The position numbers and the translations under genes were made by a program. This document shows positions 9,597-18,955 of a stretch of DNA of 64,000 nucleotides, piece after piece (position 1 is the stretch's first letter; the number at the start of each line of letters is the position of its first letter). Below the pieces are notes generated by a model. The model worked only from the letters and a program-made list of their open reading frames with translations, searched no databases and was not told where the DNA came from. The stretch covers positions 384,001 through 448,000 of the forward strand of contig CAVOGR010000005.1 in assembly GCA_963695555.1 (NCBI GenBank), in the 5' to 3' direction. Origin of the DNA: an uncultured Gemmatimonadales bacterium (lineage in GTDB: Bacteria > Gemmatimonadota > Gemmatimonadetes > Gemmatimonadales > GWC2-71-9).

Positions 9597-10851
9597 ATGT
9601 TCGCGAAAGAAACCCGGCCGGCACTGCTCCTTTCTCTCGTGTCGCCACTGGCACAGCACGTTCTCATCCTATCGTTCCTCATCGTCTTGCTCTGGCCGAT
9701 CTCTGCTTGCACCGATGATGCATCTACCGGCCCGACGCACCACGACCCCGTGGCCGTAGCCTACTCGACAACACCACCTCCTAACGCACCCTGGCTGTCC
9801 GACTATTTCCCTCTCAATCCACACCAGTTCGGGATCAGAACCTACTACTGGTATGACAAGGAGGAGCACTTCGTCTCCTTCATCAGCGGCACGGAGACCG
9901 TGCCCTACGTGAGCGGGCCGATCGAAGCCACGAAGCTATTCCTGGAAGACGAAGAGATCGGGCTCTACGTCGACCGGCGAGAGTTGTCGATGGGAGTCAT
10001 ACAGGACGACTACTACGTGTCCGTGGACTGCGCCCTCACCGCTGTCCCGTTCGACGCGGCCGGCAAGGTGTGGGATGGGATGTTCGTGGATCTCATCGGA
10101 CTACAAGCCTTTCTCGTCAAGAAGGATGGCACCGAATGCATCCCCATGCCTGGGAACGACAGGATCACCCTCTTCAAGATCGATGATGTAAACATCTTTG
10201 GAGAGCGGTACAACAACGCGTTGATTCTGTGGGGTCTGGAGCCGGGTGGATACCAACCGCTGGATTTCGGGGGATACGAGGAGGAGTGGGGGATATCGCT
10301 TCCCACGAGCGCCGAAACCCGGGGGTAACGCCGTAGACGGTTTCGCCATCCTTGGCTTTCAGACGGGAATCGTGGCTCTGGGCGAGGTGAGCACAGACGA
10401 GGGAGAGCTCGACGATCTGGCGCTTCTGGTCTCCGAGGTTCCGACGGCTTCGGTTCCGGTGCTCTGGGTGTCAGGCGGCGGCACGATCGACTGGGGTACG
10501 GCAGGGCGTGTGACCTACGGCTTCCACGCCACAGCCGACATGGCGGGCACCGCCGGCGGGATGCTCCAATTCAACCGGAGGAATAACGACCAGAAGTGGC
10601 ACGGCACGATCGACTGCCTGGCGGTGGACGGGAATCAGGCGAACGCATCGGGCGTTTTCACCAGCGGAGACTTCGAGGGTATGTACTTCACCTTCGGGGT
10701 GGAAGACAATGGCGAGGGGGCGATGGCGACGGGTCCGGACCGCATCAGCCTAGTCATACGTAAGGCGACGCCGTGGGACTGTAACGATCTGTACCCGTCT
10801 CCCTTCAAGGCGTGGACGAACGGCAACGTCCAGATCAAGCTCTTTCGGTAG
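9597..10851 (+). CDS. Hypothetical lipoprotein with C-terminal post-COAP-1-like domain; frameshift at ~10321 (G run)
   Basis: RBS GGAGG and lipobox-like ISAC. C-terminal GGGTI..VTYGFHA..G.LQF..IDCL.VDGNQA..VEDNGEG..PDRISL pattern. ORFs 9495..10328 and 10246..10851 join across a homopolymer. Confidence 0.6.
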
Positions 10852-10876
10852 GGGCACACATTCAGCACGACTGTTG

Positions 10877-10905
10877 GGGGCGGCTCCAGTGGCCGCCCCT
10901 AAAAA
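10877..10905. terminator. Hairpin with adjacent A-run, probable terminator
   Basis: GGGGCGGC-TCCAGTG-GCCGCCCC-TAAAAA. Confidence 0.55.
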
Positions 10906-11163
10906 CACACACCGTTCGGCTCGCTCGTTGACCGGACGGTCGAGGCGTTCCGATATTCCGCCTTGCTCCGTTGCGTCATGAGGGGATCGAGCCGGCGCTA
11001 CATCGAGCCACAGCCGGAACCACCAACTCACCACTCAGGGCTGAAAGGCAAGCAGGACATTTGGGGCACAACTGGGGCACAGACACCAACAATGGCCGCC
11101 GATCTCTCGGCGACCACTTTTCGTAACTCCCTATCGGACACCACGATACTTGGGATAACTCAG

Positions 11164-11237
11164 CGCCCCCGGCGTGACTCGAACACGCGACCTTCAGTTT
11201 AGGAAACTGCTGCTCTATCCACCTGAGCTACGGGGGC
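11164..11237 (-). tRNA. tRNA-Arg (anticodon CCT)
   Basis: Reverse complement GCCCCCGTAGCTCAGGTGGATAGAGCAGCAGTTTCCTAAACTGAAGGTCGCGTGTTCGAGTCACGCCGGGGGCG folds as a cloverleaf. CCA is not encoded. Confidence 0.95.
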
Positions 11238-11288
11238 CAGCCAGGAAATTAAGGTCGCCGCGCGCGGCCAAGTCAACCAACTCTACGC

Positions 11289-11819
11289 TCACGCACCGAT
11301 CAACGTGTGCACCGGCGCACCGTTCAGTCGCGCACTGCCCTTGAGTGCATCGATGGACAGGAGAAATGCCCAGCCCGCGACCGACGCGCCCAGTCCCGCC
11401 GCCAGGTCCTTGGCCGCGAGCGCCGTGCCGCCGGTCGCGATCACGTCGTCCACGATCAGCGCGCGCGAACCCTCGGGAAAGGCGTCGACATGCGCCTCGA
11501 GCGAGTCGGCCCCGTACTCGAGCTCGTAACTCTGCTCCACCGTCTCCCACGGCAGCTTCCCCGGCTTCCTGACGGGCACGAACCCGGCGCCCAGCTTCTC
11601 TGCGATGGCACCACCCAGGATGAACCCGCGGGCCTCGATCCCCACCACGTGGGTCACCCCGTCCCGACGAAACGGCTGGGCCATGGCACCGATCACCTCC
11701 TGGAACAACATCGCGTCCTGGAGTATCGGGGTGATGTCCTGGAACATGATGCCGGGCTTGGGATAGTCCGGAATGGCGCGGAGCTTCTGCATCAGGCGGC
11801 GCGTCAGGTCACTGGTCAT
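11289..11819 (-). CDS. apt: Adenine phosphoribosyltransferase
   Basis: PDYPKPGIMFQDITP, GIEARGF, RKPGKLP, YELEYG, LIVDDVIATGGT. Confidence 0.97.
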   Translation of the reverse strand: MTSDLTRRLMQKLRAIPDYPKPGIMFQDITPILQDAMLFQEVIGAMAQPFRRDGVTHVVGIEARGFILGGAIAEKLGAGFVPVRKPGKLPWETVEQSYELEYGADSLEAHVDAFPEGSRALIVDDVIATGGTALAAKDLAAGLGASVAGWAFLLSIDALKGSARLNGAPVHTLIGA

Positions 11820-11853
11820 GGTCGAAGGGGTGTCCTCGGTTGAGATTCGTGGG

Positions 11854-12126
11854 TCAGCGTACGTCGAACGAGGTGCCGGCGATTTGGTCAGGAGGCAGCT
11901 CGGTCACGTCGAAGCCGGTCACCCGTGCCAGGCTCGGCCCCTCGCGAAGGTCCCGCTCGAGCCGCGCGATCGCGTCCGTCGCGCCCGAGGCCACCACCTC
12001 CACCGATCCGTTCGGAAGGTTCCGTACCGAGCCGACGATGCGGAGGTTCTGGGCCCTGCGCAGCACGAACCAGCGGAACCCCACTCCTTGCACCCTGCCG
12101 CTCAGGACGTAGCGTCGCGCGATCAT
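11854..12126 (-). CDS. acyP: Acylphosphatase
   Basis: SGRVQGVGFR and GSVRNLPNGSVEV. Confidence 0.93.
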   Translation of the reverse strand: MIARRYVLSGRVQGVGFRWFVLRRAQNLRIVGSVRNLPNGSVEVVASGATDAIARLERDLREGPSLARVTGFDVTELPPDQIAGTSFDVR

Positions 12127-12749
12127 GCCGAACGGGCTCGCCGCCTTCGATACCACAGTATGTAGCCCCCGAGCACCAGAACGATCAGCGGAAGCAAGTA
12201 GAGCAAGGCGCGCCTGGTATACGTGTGCACCGCCGCGACCCGAAGCGTTTCCTCGTGTCGGCCGAGGAGAAAGCCGATGTACACCAGAACACCGGACCAG
12301 ATGCCCGCGCCGAGTGCGGTAAACCCGACGAAGCGGGCCAGGTTCATCCGGGCGATCCCGGCCGGCACGGAGATCAGCTGCCGCACCACCGGTACCAGCC
12401 GACCGATGAAGGTGCCGATCTCGCCGTGACGCCGGAAGAACGCCTCGGCCCGGTCGAGCTTGTCGTTGGACACGAAGAAGTAGCGGCCGTGCTTTCGGAG
12501 AAACGGCTCGCCCACCCACACCGCGATGTAATAATTGAATAGCGCACCCAGTATGCTGCCGAGCAATCCGGCGCCGGCCGCGACGAAGGCGTTCATCTGC
12601 CCCTTCGCGGCCAAGTACCCCGCCGGCGGCAGCACCACCTCGCTCGGAAACGGCACGAACGAGGACTCGATAAACATGAGCGCGGCAATGCCCGGGTATC
12701 CCAGGGCGAAGATCGTGTCGGTGAGCCAGCGGATGGCGGTCTCGAACAT
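12123..12749 (-). CDS. DedA family membrane protein
   Basis: ESSFVPFPSEVVLPPAG, FIGRLVPVVRQLISVPAG. Confidence 0.93.
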   Translation of the reverse strand: MFETAIRWLTDTIFALGYPGIAALMFIESSFVPFPSEVVLPPAGYLAAKGQMNAFVAAGAGLLGSILGALFNYYIAVWVGEPFLRKHGRYFFVSNDKLDRAEAFFRRHGEIGTFIGRLVPVVRQLISVPAGIARMNLARFVGFTALGAGIWSGVLVYIGFLLGRHEETLRVAAVHTYTRRALLYLLPLIVLVLGGYILWYRRRRARSA

Positions 12750-12752
12750 GGG

Positions 12753-13418
12753 CTACTTGGGAAACCCGTGCTGGCCGACCAGCGGGACGAACCTGACACC
12801 GCCCAGGCTCTCACGGCGAAACTCGTCCCCAGCGCGAGTAATCAAGGTGAGGTCTTGGTTCTCGCGGTCGCCGAGCGGCACGACCAGCCGGCCGCCGTCG
12901 GCCAGCTGCTCGAGCAGCGGCTTCGGCGCATCCGGCGACGCGGCCGACACCAGGATGGCATCGTAAGGCGCAAAGGCGCTCCATCCCAGCGTGCCGTCAC
13001 CTACCAGCACCGTGACGTTCCGGATCTCGATCTCCTCCAAGGCCGCTCGGGCGGTGTCGGCAAGCGCACGATGTCGCTCGACGCTGAATACCATGCTCGC
13101 CAGGACGCCGAGCAGGGCTGTTTGGTATCCCGACCCGGTGCCGACTTCCAAGACCTTCTCGTAACCGGTCAACTTGAGGGCCTGAAGATACATGGCCTGC
13201 ACCAACGGCTGTGAGATGGTTTGGCCGTTGCCGATCGGCAGAGGCGAATCCTCGTAGGCCCGGTGCCGCACGCTCTCGGGCACGAAGGAGTGCCGCGGCA
13301 CCTGGTGGATGGCCGCGAGCACAGCCATATCACGGATGCCCTTGCCGCGCAGCGTCTCGACCAGCTGCGTGCGGTAACCGCCGTAGCTGTCGCCCTGCCC
13401 TACGTGTCGAGATCCCAT
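12753..13418 (-). CDS. pcm: Protein-L-isoaspartate O-methyltransferase
   Basis: AYEDSPLPIGNGQTISQP, VLEVGTGSGYQ, VRFVPL. Confidence 0.96.
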   Translation of the reverse strand: MGSRHVGQGDSYGGYRTQLVETLRGKGIRDMAVLAAIHQVPRHSFVPESVRHRAYEDSPLPIGNGQTISQPLVQAMYLQALKLTGYEKVLEVGTGSGYQTALLGVLASMVFSVERHRALADTARAALEEIEIRNVTVLVGDGTLGWSAFAPYDAILVSAASPDAPKPLLEQLADGGRLVVPLGDRENQDLTLITRAGDEFRRESLGGVRFVPLVGQHGFPK

Positions 13419-14149
13419 GCGTGCACCGTTTCGATCAGATCGTAATTGGTGAGATCCATGTGGAGCGGTGTCAGCGATACCCAACCCTCGGCCACGGCCC
13501 GGTGGTCGGAGTCCTCGCCGCCGGTCCAGGTGACCGTGCCGCCGCCAATCCAGAAGATCTCCCGTCCCCATGGATCCTTCATCCTGGTTAGCGATTCCGA
13601 AAAAAACCGGCTACCGAGGCGCGTGATCTTGAGGCCCCGCACCTCCGACGCCGGCCGGTCGGGCAGGTTGATGTTGAGAATGGTATCGGCCGGAAAATCG
13701 CGCACCGAGGTGATGCGCTTGACCAGGCCGGTGAGGATGTCCTTGTAGGTCGCGAGGATGTCGGGCGCCTGCCCGGTAAATGAAATGGCAATGCCCGGCA
13801 CGCCGAGCGTCACCCCTTCCATGGCGGCGGCCACCGTGCCGGAGTAGAGCACGTCCTCGCCCATGTTAGGGCCGTGGTTGACGCCGGAAAAGACAAACGC
13901 AGGCCGCTCGGGCAACAGGCCGCCCAAGGCCAGGAGCACACAGTCGGTCGGTGTGCCGTCGACCTGGTAGGCCCCATCGGGCCGTCGCGCGGCACGGATG
14001 GGCCGGTGCATGGTGAGCGAGTGCGAGGTGCCGCTTTGCTCGCGGTCCGGCGCTACGACCGTGACCTGGCCCACGCTCTGACAGACCTCCGCGAGGAGGC
14101 CGATGCCGGGCGCGATGATGCCGTCGTCGTTGCTGACGAGAATATGCAT
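13400..14149 (-). CDS. surE: 5'/3'-nucleotidase SurE
   Basis: ILVSNDDG, GTPTDCV, SGVNHGPNMG, YSGTVAAA. Confidence 0.97.
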   Translation of the reverse strand: MHILVSNDDGIIAPGIGLLAEVCQSVGQVTVVAPDREQSGTSHSLTMHRPIRAARRPDGAYQVDGTPTDCVLLALGGLLPERPAFVFSGVNHGPNMGEDVLYSGTVAAAMEGVTLGVPGIAISFTGQAPDILATYKDILTGLVKRITSVRDFPADTILNINLPDRPASEVRGLKITRLGSRFFSESLTRMKDPWGREIFWIGGGTVTWTGGEDSDHRAVAEGWVSLTPLHMDLTNYDLIETVHAWDLDT

Positions 14150-14158
14150 CCAGTGAAT

Positions 14159-14545
14159 TTAAGCGGGTGGCTCGGTCGGCGTCGGTTCCCTGCCCGCGAG
14201 GATGTCCAGCGCCTCGTCGAGGCCCGCACGCAACTCGGAGATGGTCTCCTGGCCCAACGCCAGCTTGGCCATCTGCTTGAGCTGTCCCTCGCGCCGGTAG
14301 TGGTCGATCTGCTGCCGGGCGCCCTCGATGGTGTACTTTTCGGTGTAGAGCAAGTTTTTCACCAACATGATCAGATCCACCTCCTTGCTCTTGTACACCC
14401 GGTTCCCGGCCCGGTTCTTGGCGGGACTGAGAAACCGGAACTGGCTCTCCCAGTAGCGGAGCACGTGCGGCTTGAGGTCGGTGAGGTCGCACACTTCACC
14501 GATCGAGTAGAACTCCTGCATCGTTCGTGGCATCGTTAGGCCCAC
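14159..14545 (-). CDS. MerR family transcriptional regulator
   Basis: YSIGEVCDLTDLKPHVLRYWESQF...GNRVY...YTIEGA. Confidence 0.92.
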   Translation of the reverse strand: MGLTMPRTMQEFYSIGEVCDLTDLKPHVLRYWESQFRFLSPAKNRAGNRVYKSKEVDLIMLVKNLLYTEKYTIEGARQQIDHYRREGQLKQMAKLALGQETISELRAGLDEALDILAGREPTPTEPPA

Positions 14546-15534
14546 CGTTCCGCTTTCAAGTCACGCCCCATGAGCTCGGCCACCGTTGCGCCCGGCGGCT
14601 TCCCCTCGAATAGGATCTCCGCCACCTTGGCGGTGATCGGCATTTCTACGTGGTGCTTTGCGGCTAGACGCACCGCGGCGCGGGCGGTGTTGACGCCCTC
14701 GGCCACGGTGCGGTGCCGGGCGGCGTAAGCCTCGAGCGTCTCGCCCCGGCCCAAGGCCACACCCAAGGAGTGGTTCCGGCTCTGTGGCCCGAAGGCCGTG
14801 AGCACCAAGTCGCCCATGCCGGCCAGACCGGCGAAGGTATGCGGGTCTGCCCCCAGCGCGTCGCCGAGCCGGGCGATCTCGGCCAGACCACGGGTGATGA
14901 GTGCCGCACGCGGGTTGTGCCCCATTCCCAGGCCTTCGAGGATCCCGGCCGAGATCGCGATCACGTTCTTCAGGGACCCACCCAGCTCGACCCCGACCAC
15001 GTCGGTGTTGGTGTAGATCCTGAGCCGTGGCGCCGAGAACACCTCTTGCGCGGCCTCGGCATGGCTCAGCTCGTCCGACGCCGCAACCACCGCGGTGGGC
15101 TGCCCGTCATAGACCTCGCGGGCAAAACTCGGCCCCGACAGCACCGCGAGCGGCCGGCCCGGCAAGCAGTCGGCCAGGACCTCGTGCATGAGTTCGAGGG
15201 TGTCGGTCTCGATGCCCTTCGTGGCGCTGACCACCAGGGTATCGGCGCCGACATGCCCACCGAGTGCCGCGACCACCGACCGCACCGCATGACTCGGAAT
15301 CACCGAGAGCACTACTGGCGCGCCTGTAACCACCTGCGCCGCATCATTCGAGGCACGGATCGATTCCGCAAGCGGGCATCCCTTGAGGAACACCGGGTTC
15401 TCGTGCCGGCTATTGATTCCCTCCACTACCTCCGCCTCGTAAGCCCAGAGCCGCACCTCGTGTCCCTTCAGCGCCAGGACGTTGGCTAGAGTCGTGCCCC
15501 AGCTACCGGCCCCCAATACGGCGACCGTCGTCAT
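14536..15534 (-). CDS. gpsA: NAD(P)H-dependent glycerol-3-phosphate dehydrogenase
   Basis: GAGSWGT, SGPSFA, GGSLKNVIAI, GLAGMGDL, SRN. Confidence 0.96.
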   Translation of the reverse strand: MTTVAVLGAGSWGTTLANVLALKGHEVRLWAYEAEVVEGINSRHENPVFLKGCPLAESIRASNDAAQVVTGAPVVLSVIPSHAVRSVVAALGGHVGADTLVVSATKGIETDTLELMHEVLADCLPGRPLAVLSGPSFAREVYDGQPTAVVAASDELSHAEAAQEVFSAPRLRIYTNTDVVGVELGGSLKNVIAISAGILEGLGMGHNPRAALITRGLAEIARLGDALGADPHTFAGLAGMGDLVLTAFGPQSRNHSLGVALGRGETLEAYAARHRTVAEGVNTARAAVRLAAKHHVEMPITAKVAEILFEGKPPGATVAELMGRDLKAERWA

Positions 15535-16163
15535 GACTCGCTTTTCCCCGCAGCACGCTTGGCATCGGTGCCGCGGCGGCCGAACCGGTTCTCCGTGCCG
15601 CTCAACAGGCGCCGGATGTTACTCCGGTGCATATAGATGATGAGCGCCGCCAGGGCGAGGTCGAACCAGATGGTGCCGCGGCGTCCGGGCTGGAACAGAT
15701 AGACCGCGACCGGATAGACCAGGGCGGCACTGATCGATGCCACAGAGACGTAACCGGTTGCCGCGACGAGTCCGATCCAGACCACCAGGGCCGCGGCCGC
15801 GGCCAATGGCGAGACGGCGATGACCACGCCACCGGCTGTGGCCACGCCCTTCCCGCCCTTGAACCTGAGGAACGGCGAGAACATGTGCCCCAGGACGGCT
15901 ACCAGGCCGCAGCCGAGCCCGAACAGGAGCGATGGCCGAGCCAGTGGTGCGATGGCCAGGACGGCGACCGTGCCCTTGGCGATGTCGAACAGGCCGGAGG
16001 GGACCGCGTACTTCCAGCCCATCACCCGGTACAGGTTGGTCGCTCCCAGATTGCCGCTGCCTTCGTGCCGGAGGTCGACACCATTGGCGCGGGCGATCAG
16101 GTAGCTCGACGGGATGGCTCCTATGAGGTAGGAGAGAAGGATGGCCGCGACGGCAGTGGCCAT
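15531..16163 (-). CDS. plsY: Glycerol-3-phosphate acyltransferase PlsY
   Basis: GSGNLGATN, FKGGKGVAT, HRSNIRRL. Confidence 0.96.
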   Translation of the reverse strand: MATAVAAILLSYLIGAIPSSYLIARANGVDLRHEGSGNLGATNLYRVMGWKYAVPSGLFDIAKGTVAVLAIAPLARPSLLFGLGCGLVAVLGHMFSPFLRFKGGKGVATAGGVVIAVSPLAAAAALVVWIGLVAATGYVSVASISAALVYPVAVYLFQPGRRGTIWFDLALAALIIYMHRSNIRRLLSGTENRFGRRGTDAKRAAGKSES

Positions 16164-17485
16164 CAGCGCGCACTGGCGCGCTGGCGCAGCTTGAGCCGAA
16201 TGGGCGACCCGGTGAAGCCCCAGTGGCGTCGGAACCCGTTGATCAGGTAGCGCTGGTACGACTCCGGGACTGCGGCCGGCCGGTTGCACACGATGGCGAA
16301 CCGAGGCGGCGCGGTACCGATCTGCGACCCGTAGAGCAACTTGACCTCCTCGCCGGGCTTCTGCGGCGGCGCCGCCCGCTTGATCAACTCCTGCAGCACC
16401 CGGTTCACCTCCGCCGTCGCCACGCGGTGCTCACGAGCTTCGGCCACCTCGAGGATCAGGTCCAACACCTTTCGGGCACGCAGCCCCGTGAGCGCCGACG
16501 CATAAAGGAAGGGCACGTGCGCCAGGAACGGTGCCCGCTCCGTTATGGCTCGTTGGCCCTCCGTGGCGGTATTCGAGTCCTTGTCCTCCACCAGGTCCCA
16601 CTTGTTCACCACCACGACCAGGCCGGCCCCCCGGTCCCACGCCATGGTGGCGATCCGGAGATCCTGCACATGAAGCCCCACGGTCGCGTCCACGAGGAGG
16701 ACCGTGACCTGGGCCCGGTCGAGTGCCCGGGCGGTGCGGAGCGAGGAGTAGAACTCAATATCATCTTCTACTTTAGTTCGTTTTCGTAAGCCCGCGGTAT
16801 CAATGAAGTTGAGGATCTTGTCGTGATAGCGCAAGACCGAATCGGTCGCGTCGCGTGTGGTTCCGGCCTCGGGGGCCACGACATGGCGGTCCTCGCCGAG
16901 GAGGCAATTCACCAGCGAGGACTTGCCTACGTTGGGCCGGCCCACCACCGCCACCTGGATGGTCTCCTCGCCTTCCTCGGGTGCCACGGGCGGCAGCTGC
17001 TCGGCGACAACGTCCAGCAGGTCGCCGCTGGCCTTGCCGACCGCGGCCGACACGGCGTGGGGCTCTCCCAGGCCCAGGGCGTAGAAGTCCATGTGGGCGG
17101 TGGTGTCGGGCAGATGGTCCAGCTTGTTCACCGCCACCACCACCGGCCGGCCCAGCTTCCTCAACAGGCCAGCGATCTCCTCGTCGACCGGATGGAGCCC
17201 CTCCTTCCCGTCCACCACCAGGAGGATCAGGTCGGCCTGGGCCACCGCCAGTTGTACCTGCGCCAGGATGGCCCGGTCCATCTGGTCGCGCGATTCCGGA
17301 ATCAGCCCACCGGTATCGATCAGCCAGAAGGCCCTGCCCTGCCATTCAGCCTCGCCGAAGTTCCGGTCGCGGGTGGTGCCGGGGCGTTCGGACACGATGG
17401 CCGGGCGGCCTCCCAGAATCCGATTGAACAGGGTCGACTTGCCGACGTTGGGCCGGCCGACGATGGCGACGGTGGGCTTGCTCAC
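16163..17485 (-). CDS. der: Ribosome biogenesis GTPase Der
   Basis: Two GRPNVGKS P-loops, DTGG/DTAG, NKLD/NKWD. Confidence 0.97.
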   Translation of the reverse strand: MSKPTVAIVGRPNVGKSTLFNRILGGRPAIVSERPGTTRDRNFGEAEWQGRAFWLIDTGGLIPESRDQMDRAILAQVQLAVAQADLILLVVDGKEGLHPVDEEIAGLLRKLGRPVVVAVNKLDHLPDTTAHMDFYALGLGEPHAVSAAVGKASGDLLDVVAEQLPPVAPEEGEETIQVAVVGRPNVGKSSLVNCLLGEDRHVVAPEAGTTRDATDSVLRYHDKILNFIDTAGLRKRTKVEDDIEFYSSLRTARALDRAQVTVLLVDATVGLHVQDLRIATMAWDRGAGLVVVVNKWDLVEDKDSNTATEGQRAITERAPFLAHVPFLYASALTGLRARKVLDLILEVAEAREHRVATAEVNRVLQELIKRAAPPQKPGEEVKLLYGSQIGTAPPRFAIVCNRPAAVPESYQRYLINGFRRHWGFTGSPIRLKLRQRASAR

Positions 17486-18759
17486 GATGCCATGACCCCG
17501 GCGAGCGCGTCGGTGAAGTGGCTGGACAGCCGGACTTCGGTCTCACTGGCGCCGGCGACATCGGCGAAGGACATGTCGTCGATGAAGACGCCGTCGTCGT
17601 TCACCGACTCGGCCGGTAGCAGTGCCAGGTCCAGTGGCCCGGCCTGCCGGAGCGCCTCGAAGAACGCCCGGCCCGGCAGGAGGCCCGCGGTGGTAACCGA
17701 GGCGCCGAACACGGTGTTCTCGAGGGCGTGGAGCTCGAAGCTCGCTCCGGTTGCCTCTTCAAGGGGGCCGAGCAGCTGGGGCATGAGCTGCCCCATGGAC
17801 GTCCCCGTGAATACCCCGATCCGCCGACCCGCCCAACCGCCGATCGCATCGGCCTCTTCCGTGATCCGCTGCTCCAGATACCGCACCGCGCCGACCCCGT
17901 TTTCCACCTGCTCGAACCCGTCGTATTCGGATGCCGGCGGCAGCTCCACCCCGGCGCGGAGGTAGAGCTCGTCGGCCCCGTGGGCCCAGGTGATGCCCCG
18001 CTCACGGCGGGCGACGGTGGCACGTCGCCGGACCAACTCGAGCGCGGCCTGGCACTCGGCGTCGGTCGGTTCCCGTACCAGGCTGTGCTTGCTGTACTCG
18101 GTGAGCCCCACCGGCACGACCGACACGCTCAGGACCGGGTCGCCCATCAGGTACAGGTCGTGGAGCGTCTGCTCGAGCACGGCACCGTCGTTCACCTGGG
18201 GCGACAGCACCACCTGGGTGTGGAACTGGATGCCGTGGCGGGCGAACTCGTGCAGTTGCTCGAGCACATCCGGCGCGTCGGGGTTCCGGAGCAGGTAGCG
18301 GCGCACCACGGGGTCCGTGGCGTGCACCGACACGTAGAGCGGCGACAGCCGATACTCGATGATGCGGGCGATGTCCTTCTGCTTGAGGTTGGTGAGGGTC
18401 GCGAAGTTGCCGTAGCGGAACGAGAGCCGGTAGTCGTCGTCCCGGATGTAGAGCACGTCGCGCATGCCGGGCGCGAGCCCGTCGACGAAACAGAAGTCGC
18501 AGCGGTTGGCGCAGCGCCGAATCCGGGGCGGCTCGAGCACGACCCCCATGGGCAGGTCTTCGGGGCGCTCGATGTCGAATTCGACCGTCTGGCCGTCGGG
18601 CTGCCGCGCCAGGAGCCGGAATCGGTCGTCCGCCGTATGGAACTCCCAGTCGAGGAAGTCCTCGAGTTCCCGGTCGTTGACGGCCAGGACCTCACTGCCC
18701 GGCTCGAGCCCGATTTCGGCCCCGATCGATTCGGGGTGAACGGCGACAACTTTGATCAC
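17482..18759 (-). CDS. PDZ/radical SAM DUF512 protein
   Basis: CANRCDFC motif, RDDDYRLSF.YGNF.TLTN, SPLYVSVH, QVENGVG. Located upstream of der. Confidence 0.9.
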   Translation of the reverse strand: MIKVVAVHPESIGAEIGLEPGSEVLAVNDRELEDFLDWEFHTADDRFRLLARQPDGQTVEFDIERPEDLPMGVVLEPPRIRRCANRCDFCFVDGLAPGMRDVLYIRDDDYRLSFRYGNFATLTNLKQKDIARIIEYRLSPLYVSVHATDPVVRRYLLRNPDAPDVLEQLHEFARHGIQFHTQVVLSPQVNDGAVLEQTLHDLYLMGDPVLSVSVVPVGLTEYSKHSLVREPTDAECQAALELVRRRATVARRERGITWAHGADELYLRAGVELPPASEYDGFEQVENGVGAVRYLEQRITEEADAIGGWAGRRIGVFTGTSMGQLMPQLLGPLEEATGASFELHALENTVFGASVTTAGLLPGRAFFEALRQAGPLDLALLPAESVNDDGVFIDDMSFADVAGASETEVRLSSHFTDALAGVMAS

Positions 18760-18955
18760 GTAGGTCCGTGTGGTAGAGAGGGCCGAAAGCTCGCGGTTTG
18801 ACGGGCCCCAAGGCAAGGCTCGGCCCGGTATTCGGAATCGGTCTATCCCCTACTCCCACCGCCTCTTGCGTCCCGGAACCCCAGACCGTAAGCTGTGACC
18901 AGCTTTGCGCGCACCCTCAGAACCGGTTGAACCATCAACGTTGTGAGGACGTCTT

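Larger units (their letters stand above)
9097..11205. mobile_element. Small integrase-less genomic islet integrated in tRNA-Arg(CCT)
   Basis: Bounded by the tRNA and its duplicated 3' half. Tandem GGGGCACA-N3-GGGGCACA sites lie inside both ends (9299-9318, 11063-11081). The single cargo gene is on the opposite strand and visibly less GC-rich. Confidence 0.75.

Noticed and set aside
10910..11060. Integrase remnant inside the tRNA-Arg islet
   Set aside because: No convincing tyrosine recombinase motifs (HxLR, LGH) in the short ORFs there.
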